In this document: positions 39,769 to 46,874 of the stretch, one piece after another
Layout: every line of letters begins with the position of its first letter
How positions within the stretch are numbered: the first letter of the stretch is position 1
From: an uncultured Clostridia bacterium
GTDB lineage: Bacteria; Bacillota; Clostridia; Christensenellales; UBA3700
NCBI GenBank assembly: GCA_937880755.1
Contig: CALGRX010000017.1
Location: 254,560 to 318,559 of the forward strand
Direction of reading: 5' to 3'
DNA length: 64,000 nt
The notes under the pieces: generated by a model
What the model was told of the DNA's origin: nothing
Databases searched by the model: none
Seen by the model: only the letters and a program-made list of their open reading frames with translations
Made by a program: the position numbers and the translations under genes

Positions 39769-39859
39769 TAAAAAGTCCACCCATATTGATGTGAAGCCAA
39801 AAGTTTTACATTTTTGTCCAACTTTTGGGGTGCACTTCATTACTGCGTATTCTATTATA

Positions 39860-40000
39860 ATGAAAACTATCAACCGCAAATGCGAAAACACTCTACACGT
39901 AGTGTTGGATACTATCAACCTAAAAGCGGTACAAAAGTTGCGTATCATTATGCCAAACAAAAAAACTTTGATAAACGTGTTGGATATAGAAACACATTGA
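39860..40000 (+). CDS. small ORF (46 aa), weakly ribbon-helix-helix-like
   Basis: Internal ATG of track ORF 39791..40000. LHVVLDTINLKAVQKLRII has a beta-strand/helix pattern. No clear RBS. Confidence 0.25.
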   Translation: MKTINRKCENTLHVVLDTINLKAVQKLRIIMPNKKTLINVLDIETH

Positions 40001-40018
40001 GAATAGTAAGTCGAAATG

Positions 40019-40055
40019 TAAGGGCAGTGAAAACTGCCTTTAATTTTTTCTTGCA
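40019..40055 (+). repeat. 37-nt direct repeat, copy 1 (contains a terminator-shaped hairpin)
   Basis: taagggcagtgaaaactgcctttaattttttcttgca, identical to 42731-42767. Confidence 0.9.
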
Positions 40056-40123
40056 TTTTAACGATTTTAGTGGTGATATTGTGGTTGATTACTATATATT
40101 ACGTGTGCGCGCATATATAAAAG

Positions 40124-40151
40124 AAAATCGGCCATAATGATGGTCGATTTT
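40124..40151 (+). terminator. hairpin plus T run
   Basis: Stem aaaatcggcca / tggtcgatttt (one G-T pair) followed by tgttttt. Confidence 0.5.
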
Positions 40152-40175
40152 GTTTTTGCAATTTTTCTTGCAATT

Positions 40176-40379
40176 TTAGTTGTTGGCTATTGTTAGTGTT
40201 AAGCCAAGTGGTTTAAGCATTTTGAGCAATGTTGAGAGTTGTGGGTCTGTAGTACCTTTTTCCGTTCTTGCAATGCAGGGTTGTGGTACACCAGATACTA
40301 TTTCGAGTTGCTTTTGAGATAAGCCAGCTTGCTTACGTGCAGAGATTATTTGATTAATTAGAATATTTTTTTTGATTAT
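40176..40379 (-). CDS. XRE-family HTH domain frame without a canonical start codon (+1 frame relative to the DUF2442 gene)
   Basis: Hand translation gives IIKKNILINQIISARKQAGLSQKQLEIVSGVPQPCIARTEKGTTDPQLSTLLKMLKPLGLTLTIANN*. The frame opens right after a TAG at 40380-40382. The only ATG/GTG/TTG is near the C-terminus. Confidence 0.55.
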   Translation of the reverse strand: MIKKNILINQIISARKQAGLSQKQLEIVSGVPQPCIARTEKGTTDPQLSTLLKMLKPLGLTLTIANN

Positions 40380-40644
40380 CTATATTGACGTCTGCATTAC
40401 ATTGTATGCCTCTCTCGTATAAACCTTCGGATGATATGTCAAGTTGGTCGTTCCAAACAATACCATAACCGCCTACGTCAATTTTGGCTTGTTTATATAG
40501 ACCGGGTGTGTTGATTAGTGCTTGGAAGGGAGAATATTTGTCTATAATAGGCTTTAGGTCGAATAGTTTGTATTCTCCCGTTGTAAATCCAATTAATAAA
40601 ATATAGTCGGGTAGTGGTGCTATAGACGTAATTTTAATAAACAT
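40354..40644 (-). CDS. DUF2442-family protein
   Basis: Track ORF trimmed to ATG 40644, which has AGAAGGAA upstream. MFIKITSIAPLPDYILLIGFTTGEYKLFD fits the DUF2442 pattern. Confidence 0.7.
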   Translation of the reverse strand: MFIKITSIAPLPDYILLIGFTTGEYKLFDLKPIIDKYSPFQALINTPGLYKQAKIDVGGYGIVWNDQLDISSEGLYERGIQCNADVNIDNQKKYSN

Positions 40645-40751
40645 ATAAGTATTCCTTCTCATTATTCTATTGGTGGAAGTGTATGGATATCTTGCTGCTA
40701 GGACAGATGGCGCTAATTGTTATAAGGCGCAACAACGAAAAAAATCTTTAA

Positions 40752-40873
40752 ATAAAGAAAACCGCCTAAATTATTAGGCGGTTTAGTGGGAAGTCTACGC
40801 ACGAAGACCAAACGTTCTTCCCCGTCCACTCGAGATTGCCTCAGTGGCTTCCCCGTTTATAGGGCTGGTGGTC
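40752..40873 (-). ncRNA. candidate small RNA or 5' leader (unclassified)
   Basis: Lies downstream of a perfect TTGACA-17-TATAAT promoter. 10-bp closing stem acgaagacca/tggtcttcgt (40800-40809 with 40867-40876), inner hairpin ccact-gag..ctc-agtgg, duplicated acggggaag. Ends in terminator 40757-40786 plus a T run. Confidence 0.5.
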
Positions 40874-40878
40874 TTCGT

Positions 40879-40907
40879 TATTATAACACGGAGGTGATTG
40901 ATTGTCA
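40879..40907 (-). promoter_or_regulatory. consensus sigma-A promoter on the minus strand
   Basis: The reverse complement reads TTGACA atcaatcacctccgtgt TATAAT (17-nt spacer). Confidence 0.7.
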
Positions 40908-41207
40908 AGTGTAAATTATAGTTTGAAACATAAAGGTGTTAGACTTATATCTTCTGAAGATGCTTGGGTAAAAGGTAAAAATAAAAAGTATAAGTTGAAT
41001 CCTGATTATCATTTTGTTGGCAAAATAGAAACGACAATGCCTAATATGATTGTTACCGCAAGTGATAAACGTAAGCCTAAATTTAAGGGCAATACTTATG
41101 ATTTGAACTCAGTAGCAAAAGGGCAAATTGTAGACCATTTTTATCATAAAAATGGTAAAAGAAATAAGAAGACTGTTGCTTATTTCGGTATTAAAAAAGA
41201 AAAATAA
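40902..41207 (+). CDS. hypothetical lysine-rich protein (101 aa)
   Basis: Coordinates are from the supplied track. GGAGGTG lies upstream of a TTG start. By my hand count of the printed sequence the TTG is at 40901 and the A run at 40976-40981 has six A, which would break the frame. See finding. Confidence 0.4.
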   Translation: MSSVNYSLKHKGVRLISSEDAWVKGKNKKYKLNPDYHFVGKIETTMPNMIVTASDKRKPKFKGNTYDLNSVAKGQIVDHFYHKNGKRNKKTVAYFGIKKEK

Positions 41208-41226
41208 AAAAATAGGAGAAAAAAAT

Positions 41227-41765
41227 ATGTCAAAAAAACAAAAATAACATTTTGTGCAACGCTCTTTGTATTGGCGTTGATTGTAGCAGTATTTGGCGTT
41301 TTTGTAAGTATGAACGCAGTATCGGCGGAAGAGGATAACATTTTTACTGTAAATGTTTATGATAAGAACGGTAACGTCATAGATACTTATACCAAAAAAG
41401 ATAGTTATCCTTCTATTAAAGCAATAGAAGGATATGAAGGTGTTTATTATGCCAAGATGGAAGGACAAGATTATATGGATGATTATCTTGATTTCCCATT
41501 TTTTGATGGTATGGGCGGTGGTAATCCTGAAGAATTAGGATTTGTTAGAAATGATGAGCTTCTATCTAAATTTCCTACCTTTTTAGATGGTCATAAGTCT
41601 TATATGAGACGTCAAGCAATTGTTGATAAAAAATATAGATATTTTGGTAATTATACCGGTTATCTATCTGACAAAGATTATGAGCAGGCTAAAAAATATT
41701 CAATACGTGCTAAGGATAAATATCTACATAAAAAAAGTAGTGACGGTGCCAAACACTCTATATAG
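41227..41765 (+). CDS. hypothetical secreted protein; its ATG is out of frame by 1 nt at an A7 run
   Basis: ATG 41227 (GGAG about 9 nt upstream) reads MSKKQK*. The next frame continues ..KITFCATLFVLALIVAVFGVFVSMNAVSAEE (signal peptide) into track ORF 41271..41765. Confidence 0.5.
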
Positions 41766-41853
41766 AGTATAAGCCATGTTCTTACGAACGGTCACTACTT
41801 TGATATTATTCTAATAAATAATTGTATGCTTGTCAATTGATTTACGGTGAGTT

Positions 41854-41952
41854 ATGAAGAAAGTAAAATTTGTAGTATTTATTGCTTGTGTCTTATTAGT
41901 TGCCTTCGTTATAGGATATGTGGGCTATATTGCTAATTTAATGGAGATTTAG
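41854..41952 (+). CDS. very small hydrophobic ORF (32 aa)
   Basis: MKKVKFVVFIACVLLVAFVIGYVGYIANLMEI: one TM helix and a weak RBS. Confidence 0.3.
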   Translation: MKKVKFVVFIACVLLVAFVIGYVGYIANLMEI

Positions 41953-41955
41953 AAG

Positions 41956-42075
41956 ATGAATAACAAGGTTGAAAATTCTTATCATATCATAAGTATAGTT
42001 GCAATAGCGGCTATGCTTATGTTTCTTTTGTTTAGTTTTCGTTCATCTTTAGGCAGATCTATTGAATCTGTATGA
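41956..42075 (+). CDS. very small hydrophobic ORF (39 aa)
   Basis: MNNKVENSYHIISIVAIAAMLMFLLFSFRSSLGRSIESV: one TM helix. Starts 4 nt after the previous ORF. Confidence 0.3.
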   Translation: MNNKVENSYHIISIVAIAAMLMFLLFSFRSSLGRSIESV

Positions 42076-42733
42076 TATAATTCGTTCTGCTTTGGATAAA
42101 GCCGTTTTATTAGGTTACGTTGACAAAAACGTTATGCATTATGTTGAGATTAAAAAGTATAAACCAATCAAGCATCGCGCGTATGAATTTGAAGAGCAAA
42201 ACAAGATAATTGAGCTGTTGATTCCTAAGTATCGTTCTGCTTTTTATATTTTATGTTGTACGTGTATGCGTATTGGGGAATTTTTGGCTTTTAATCCTGC
42301 TACGGATATTGATGAGGAACGTCATAAACTTATAATTAATAAGCGTTTGGATATTATAACCGGTAAGGTGCATATAGGTTTGAAAAATGGCGATGATTAT
42401 CGTTACATTGATTATATCGACGACTTATTTATAAAGGCAAAAGAATTAGGTAACGGATATCTTCCATTTGGTCAATTAACGTATTCTGGTATTAAGTGTG
42501 CTATGCAAAAAGTGTTGTTGCAATTAGGTATCAAAGATTGTTTGTTGCATACTACCCGTCATACAGGTTTGTCGGTAGGGCATTATTGTAAAATCGATGA
42601 TATTCGATTACAATATTGGGCTGGGCATAAGTCTTTGACAATGACTAAAGATACATATACAAGTTTACTTGATAAGGGTTGTAGTCCAATACTTGAATAT
42701 TATCAAAAGCTTGCTAAAAAGTTTGAATTTTAA
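42062..42733 (+). pseudogene. tyrosine recombinase/integrase, catalytic domain only (5'-truncated)
   Basis: Catalytic residues in order: CMRIGEF (Arg), HTTRHT (His-x-x-Arg), WAGHKS (His), DTYTSLL (Tyr). The frame is closed by a TAG at 42050-42052, and no core-binding domain is found in any upstream frame. Confidence 0.7.
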
Positions 42734-42767
42734 GGGCAGTGAAAACTGCCTTTAATTTTTTCTTGCA
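42731..42767 (+). repeat. 37-nt direct repeat, copy 2
   Basis: Identical to 40019-40055; begins with the integrase stop codon. Confidence 0.9.
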
Positions 42768-42836
42768 AAAATTCCTGAGTTTTTTGGGTAAAAATGCAAG
42801 AAAAATTGATAACTAGGTCAGGGATAATAAAAATAT

Positions 42837-42869
42837 AAAACCGCCTAAACGAAGTGTTTAAGCGGTTTT
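42837..42869 (-). terminator. terminator closing the tRNA array
   Basis: Stem aaaccgcttaaac / gtttaggcggttt on the minus strand, followed by ttttatattttt. Confidence 0.7.
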
Positions 42870-42873
42870 TGCT

Positions 42874-42949
42874 TGGTGCACCTTCAGAGACTCGAACTCT
42901 GGACCCAATGATTAAGAGTCATTTGCTCTACCAACTGAGCTAAAGGTGC
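42874..42949 (-). tRNA. tRNA-Lys(CTT)
   Basis: Manual cloverleaf: acceptor gcacctt/aaggtgc, anticodon loop ctCTTaa, T arm ccagagttcgagtctctg, encoded CCA. Confidence 0.9.
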
Positions 42950-42954
42950 ATATT

Positions 42955-43029
<75 letters not shown>

Positions 43030-43129
43030 ATACTTTTGCGACGTTATCTATAGCGTGGTCGAGTCTCCCCGACAACAATAGATAGTTGGTAATTCTATTG
43101 CGAGGTTGCAATTTGTTGTCCACTCGGCT

Positions 43130-43155
43130 AAAAACGATATACAATATCGTTTTTT
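43130..43155 (-). terminator. hairpin plus T run splitting the tRNA array
   Basis: Minus strand reads aaaaaacgatat tgt atatcgttttt. Confidence 0.55.
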
Positions 43156-43160
43156 AACGC

Positions 43161-43184
43161 CTCGTGCCACTTCGCACTCCCGCA
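43161..43184 (-). other. tRNA-Gly-like 5' fragment (pseudo-tRNA)
   Basis: Minus strand gcgggagtgcgaagtggcacgagg resembles gcgggagtggctcagtggtagagc of the adjacent tRNA-Gly(GCC). No anticodon or T arm follows. Confidence 0.5.
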
Positions 43185-43205
43185 TAATATTGAGTTGATA
43201 ATGTA

Positions 43206-43234
43206 AGTATATACGCCTGCGACTACAATGTCAA
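43206..43234 (-). promoter_or_regulatory. promoter TTGACA-17-TATACT upstream of the pseudo-tRNA fragment
   Basis: The reverse complement of 43206-43234 reads TTGACA ttgtagtcgcaggcgta TATACT. Confidence 0.55.
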
Positions 43235-43264
43235 GTGTTTGGCACTGTTGTCGCAGTAACTGCG

Positions 43265-43348
43265 TGGTGCGGATGAAGAGACTTGAACTCCCACGTCTTA
43301 GACACTAGATCCTAAGTCTAGCGCGTCTGCCAATTCCGCCACACCCGC
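43265..43348 (-). tRNA. tRNA-Leu(TAG)
   Basis: 84 nt with a long variable arm; anticodon stem ctaga/tctag, loop ctTAGga, encoded CCA. Confidence 0.88.
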
Positions 43349-43361
43349 ATGAACGCAGCGT

Positions 43362-43437
43362 TGGTGACCCATCCGAGATTCGAACTCGGGACACCATGAT
43401 TAAAAGTCATGTGCTCTACCGACTGAGCTAATGGATC
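43362..43437 (-). tRNA. tRNA-Lys(TTT)
   Basis: Anticodon loop ctTTTaa, T arm cccgagttcgaatctcgg, encoded CCA. Confidence 0.88.
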
Positions 43438-43464
43438 TTATTAAGTTGTGGAAAGTGCGCTAAA

Positions 43465-43540
43465 TGGCTGGGGTGGAAGGATTTGAACCCTCAAGTGCTG
43501 GAGTCAGAGTCCAGTGCCTTAACCATTTGGCGACACCCCA
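43465..43540 (-). tRNA. tRNA-Gln(CTG)
   Basis: 5' tggggtg acceptor typical of tRNA-Gln, anticodon loop ctCTGac, encoded CCA. Confidence 0.85.
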
Positions 43541-43543
43541 ATG

Positions 43544-43618
43544 TGGCAGGGGTAGCAGGATTTGAACCTACGAATACCAGAGTCAAAGTCTGGTGCCTTA
43601 CCGCTTGGCGATACCCCT
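43544..43618 (-). tRNA. tRNA-Gln(TTG)
   Basis: Anticodon loop ctTTGac, T arm taggttcaaatccta, encoded CCA. Confidence 0.85.
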
Positions 43619-43627
43619 ATGCATAAA

Positions 43628-43705
43628 TGGGGTGAGTAAAGGGAGTCGAACCCTTGGCCTCAAGAGCCACAATCTTGCGCTCTAGCCAACTGAGCTATAC
43701 CCACC
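43628..43705 (-). tRNA. tRNA-His(GTG)
   Basis: Extra 5' G (G-1), anticodon loop ttGTGgc, encoded CCA. Confidence 0.88.
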
Positions 43706-43712
43706 AAATTTA

Positions 43713-43789
<77 letters not shown>

Positions 43790-43802
43790 ATACTTTATGC
43801 AA

Positions 43803-43876
43803 TGGAGCGGGTGATGGGAATCGGACCCACGCGACCAGCTTGGAAGGCTGGGATTCTACCATTGAACTACACCCGC
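43803..43876 (-). tRNA. tRNA-Gly(TCC)
   Basis: Acceptor gcgggtg/cacccgc, anticodon loop ctTCCaa, encoded CCA. Confidence 0.88.
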
Positions 43877-43899
43877 ATATCAATTCTCAATGCTTTGCA

Positions 43900-43929
43900 A
43901 TTTTAACACAACCACCCAAGATATGTCAA
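43900..43929 (-). promoter_or_regulatory. promoter of the tRNA array (TTGACA-18-TGtTAAAAT)
   Basis: Reverse complement: TTGACA tatcttgggtggttgtgt TAAAAT. The -10 ends 24 nt before the tRNA-Gly(TCC) 5' end. Confidence 0.6.
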
Positions 43930-44003
43930 GAAAAATATAATTGGTTTTTTCATTTTTTATTTTTTCTACGACTATATCTTGGATTGTGCGTATTAATTTT
44001 GTA

Positions 44004-45821
44004 TTATTGTTTGTTTTTGGCTGCGATTTTGGCTCTAAGCTCTTTGCTGAGAATGGTCTTGCGTAGCCTTATTGACTTAGGCGTAACTTCGACAAGCTCG
44101 TCGTCGGCGATAAACTCTAGACATTGCTCCAACGACATCACGGTAGGAGTGATGAGTTTGAGGGCTTCGTCCGCGCCGCTGGCACGATTGTTGGTGAGTT
44201 GTTTCTTTTTGCACACGTTGACGACGAGGTCGTCTTCACGCGAGTTGACGCCCACCACTTGACCGCCGTATACGTTTACGCCCGCACCCAAGAATAGAGT
44301 AGAGCGTTCTTGCGCGTTGAACAAGCCGTACGCCGTCGTCGTGCCGTCCTCGAAGGCGACCACCGAACCGCGATTGCGCTCTATAATCGTGCCTTTGTAA
44401 GGCTCGTAGCCGTCGAGAGTGTGGTTCATTACGCCGAAACCTCTGGTGTCAGTGAGCATCTCGTTGCGATAGCCGATAAGTCCGCGAGAAGGAATTTTGA
44501 ATTCCAGCTTAGTACCGCCACGCTCGTCGGGAGTCATATTGACAAGCTCGCCTTTACGTGCGCCGATTTTGTTCATAACTACGCCCACGTAGTCGTCGGG
44601 CACTTCCACCACGAGGTTTTCGACGGGTTCACATCGCACGCCGTCTATATCCTTGAAGATAACCTTTGGACGGGAAACTTGGAATTCGTAGCCCTCACGG
44701 CGCATATTTTCGATGAGAATAGATAGGTGCAATTCCCCTCTGCCGTATACCTTGAAGCAGTCGGCGCTGTCAGTCTCTTCCACTCTCATACTCACGTTGG
44801 TCATCACTTCTTTGAATAGCCTTGCTCTAAGGTGACGGCTGGTGACGTATTTGCCTTCTTTGCCGGCAAAAGGCGAGTCGTTGACCATAAACATCATAGA
44901 TAGGGTAGGCTCGTCTATGTTGACGAAAGGCAGTTGTTCTATCTTTTCGCTGTCGCAAATCGTTTCGCCTATGTTGAGTTGTTCGATACCGCTGACGGCA
45001 ACTATGTCGCCCACTTGTCCCGACTCGCACTCACGCCTCTTGAGCCCTTCGAATTGGTAGAGTTTGACGACCTTGGCGTTGTAGTGACTGCCGTCGTTGT
45101 GAATGATGGCAACGTTGCTACCCGTGTGGATGTTGCCTCTGACGACTCTGCCTAAACCTATTCTGCCGATATATTCGTCGTAGTCGATATTGCACACTAT
45201 CATCTGCAATCCGTCGTTCACTTCGCCCGTAGGGGCAGGGATTTCGCTGATAATCATATCGAGCAAAGGCTTCATATCCGTGCCTTGCTCGCCGAGGGTA
45301 GTGGTTGCCCAACCTTGTTTGCCCGAAGCAAAGACTGTCTTGAAGTCGATTTGTTCGTCGTTGGCACCCAATTCTATGAATAGGTCGAGCACTTGGTCAA
45401 TGACTTGCTCGGGATCTCCGCCACGGTCGACCTTGTTGATGACTACTATAGGTTTTTTGCCTAGTCCGAGCGCCTTTTTGAGTACGTAGCGAGTCTGTGG
45501 CATACAGCCCTCTACCGCGTCGACTAGCAACAAAACGCCGTCTACCATCGATAGTATTCGCTCAACTTCACCGCCGAGGTCGGCGTGTCCGGGGGTGTCG
45601 ATGATGTTGATCTTGACTCCGTTGTAGAATACGGCGGTGTTTTTGGCAAGAATGGTGATGCCTCTCTCCCTCTCGATATCTCCGCTGTCCATAACTCTCT
45701 CTACCACGGCTTCGCCCGTGCGGAAAACGTGGTTTTGTCTAAGAAGTTGGTCGACCAAAGTAGTTTTGCCGTGGTCAACGTGCGCAATGATTGCTATATT
45801 TCTTACGTCGTTTCTAATCAT
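44004..45821 (-). CDS. typA: translational GTPase TypA/BipA
   Basis: G1 motif [12 protein letters not shown] and an EF-G-like domain order; 605 aa. Confidence 0.95.
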   Translation of the reverse strand: MIRNDVRNIAIIAHVDHGKTTLVDQLLRQNHVFRTGEAVVERVMDSGDIERERGITILAKNTAVFYNGVKINIIDTPGHADLGGEVERILSMVDGVLLLVDAVEGCMPQTRYVLKKALGLGKKPIVVINKVDRGGDPEQVIDQVLDLFIELGANDEQIDFKTVFASGKQGWATTTLGEQGTDMKPLLDMIISEIPAPTGEVNDGLQMIVCNIDYDEYIGRIGLGRVVRGNIHTGSNVAIIHNDGSHYNAKVVKLYQFEGLKRRECESGQVGDIVAVSGIEQLNIGETICDSEKIEQLPFVNIDEPTLSMMFMVNDSPFAGKEGKYVTSRHLRARLFKEVMTNVSMRVEETDSADCFKVYGRGELHLSILIENMRREGYEFQVSRPKVIFKDIDGVRCEPVENLVVEVPDDYVGVVMNKIGARKGELVNMTPDERGGTKLEFKIPSRGLIGYRNEMLTDTRGFGVMNHTLDGYEPYKGTIIERNRGSVVAFEDGTTTAYGLFNAQERSTLFLGAGVNVYGGQVVGVNSREDDLVVNVCKKKQLTNNRASGADEALKLITPTVMSLEQCLEFIADDELVEVTPKSIRLRKTILSKELRAKIAAKNKQ

Positions 45822-45831
45822 ATATTTGTCC

Positions 45832-46290
45832 TTAAAGTGTTACGATTTTGCTAAATAATCTATCGCCTTGCACGGTAACGTAACAATACGTCCTACCGTA
45901 ACCGAGCGACCCGGGGTTGATGAGCGTTACGCCCTCGTCTACGTCAATTTGTGCACGGTGAGTATGTCCGTACAAGCCTACCTTTACACCTTCGATAATA
46001 CACTCGGTGTGCAGGTCTACCGTGTCGGATTTGACCTTGTAGCAATGTCCGTGAGTGAGCAAAAACTTGACGCCTTCCACTTGTACTATCCTTTGCAAGG
46101 GTAGGCTTGAGTGGTCGCAGTTGCCCTTGACGGCAATTACCTTGTCGCCAAAGGCTTGTATAAGCATCTCTACGTCGCTACTGCCGTCACCCAAATGAAA
46201 GATATAGTCGCTCTCTTGCAACACCTCGAAAAATTCCTCGGTATGGCGCAAGATATTGTGAGTGTCGGACATAACGACGATAGTCTTCAT
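45832..46290 (-). CDS. YfcE/MJ0936-family metallophosphoesterase
   Basis: Motifs SDTH, GDGSSD, THGH and GHTH in the canonical order. Confidence 0.85.
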   Translation of the reverse strand: MKTIVVMSDTHNILRHTEEFFEVLQESDYIFHLGDGSSDVEMLIQAFGDKVIAVKGNCDHSSLPLQRIVQVEGVKFLLTHGHCYKVKSDTVDLHTECIIEGVKVGLYGHTHRAQIDVDEGVTLINPGSLGYGRTYCYVTVQGDRLFSKIVTL

Positions 46291-46874
46291 AGCAGTTCTC
46301 TTAGGCGTTGCAATGCCATAGCGCGGTGAGATACGGTGTTCTTTTCTTCCATACTAGCCTCGGCAAAGGTCTTGGAGAGGCTATTGCAATAGAAGAGTGG
46401 ATCGTAGCCAAAGCCCTTGTCGCCACGGTACTCGTCGAGAATAGTGCCTTCTACGTAGCCCTCGGCGTATTTGCCCGAGCCGTCGGGGTAGCAAATAGCC
46501 ACTACCGATACGAAACGCGCCTTGCGATTGATAGGTTGCGTCTTTTCGATAGCGTGAAGTTTATCGAGCAGTAGGGCGTTGTTGGCGTCGTCGTTGCAAG
46601 GCTCTCCCGCAAATCGAGCCGAATAAACCCCCGGTTGACCGTCCAAAGCTTCAACCTCTAGTCCGCTGTCGTCGGCTATTGCGACGAGTCCCGTCATACG
46701 GCATATCGTGTCTGCTTTGATGATTGCGTTTTGGACGAAGGTCTTGCCGTTTTCTTCGACCTCGACGTCCACGCCCAATTCTTTGAGCGAATATATATGC
46801 TCGAAGCAGTCGCCCAAAATGGCTCTGATTTCTTGAAGCTTGTGAGCGTTGTTGCTAGCTAAAACCGCTTTCAT
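46287..46874 (-). CDS. rdgB: non-canonical purine NTP pyrophosphatase (RdgB/HAM1)
   Basis: N-terminus ASNNAHKLQEI, plus EENGKTF and FGYDP motifs. Confidence 0.9.
   Translation of the reverse strand: MKAVLASNNAHKLQEIRAILGDCFEHIYSLKELGVDVEVEENGKTFVQNAIIKADTICRMTGLVAIADDSGLEVEALDGQPGVYSARFAGEPCNDDANNALLLDKLHAIEKTQPINRKARFVSVVAICYPDGSGKYAEGYVEGTILDEYRGDKGFGYDPLFYCNSLSKTFAEASMEEKNTVSHRAMALQRLRELL

Larger units (their letters stand above)
40019..42767. mobile_element. remnant of a small integrative element bounded by 37-nt direct repeats
   Basis: AT-rich by eye, short orphan ORFs, a 5'-truncated tyrosine recombinase at the right end, and adjacency to a tRNA array. Confidence 0.55.

Noticed and set aside
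39791-40137. ORFs 39791..40000, 39814..40137 (+) and 39736..40056 (-) as real genes
   Set aside because: These are mutually overlapping frames in AT-rich DNA with no RBS or motifs. Only the 46-aa internal ORF (39860..40000) is kept, at low confidence.
40790-40900. Assignment of the structured element to a known riboswitch class (c-di-GMP-II, glutamine, guanidine, cobalamin B12-box)
   Set aside because: Only short chance resemblances were found (acgcac, ggacgg..gaagaacg, gccactg). None of the full conserved cores is present, so it is left unclassified.
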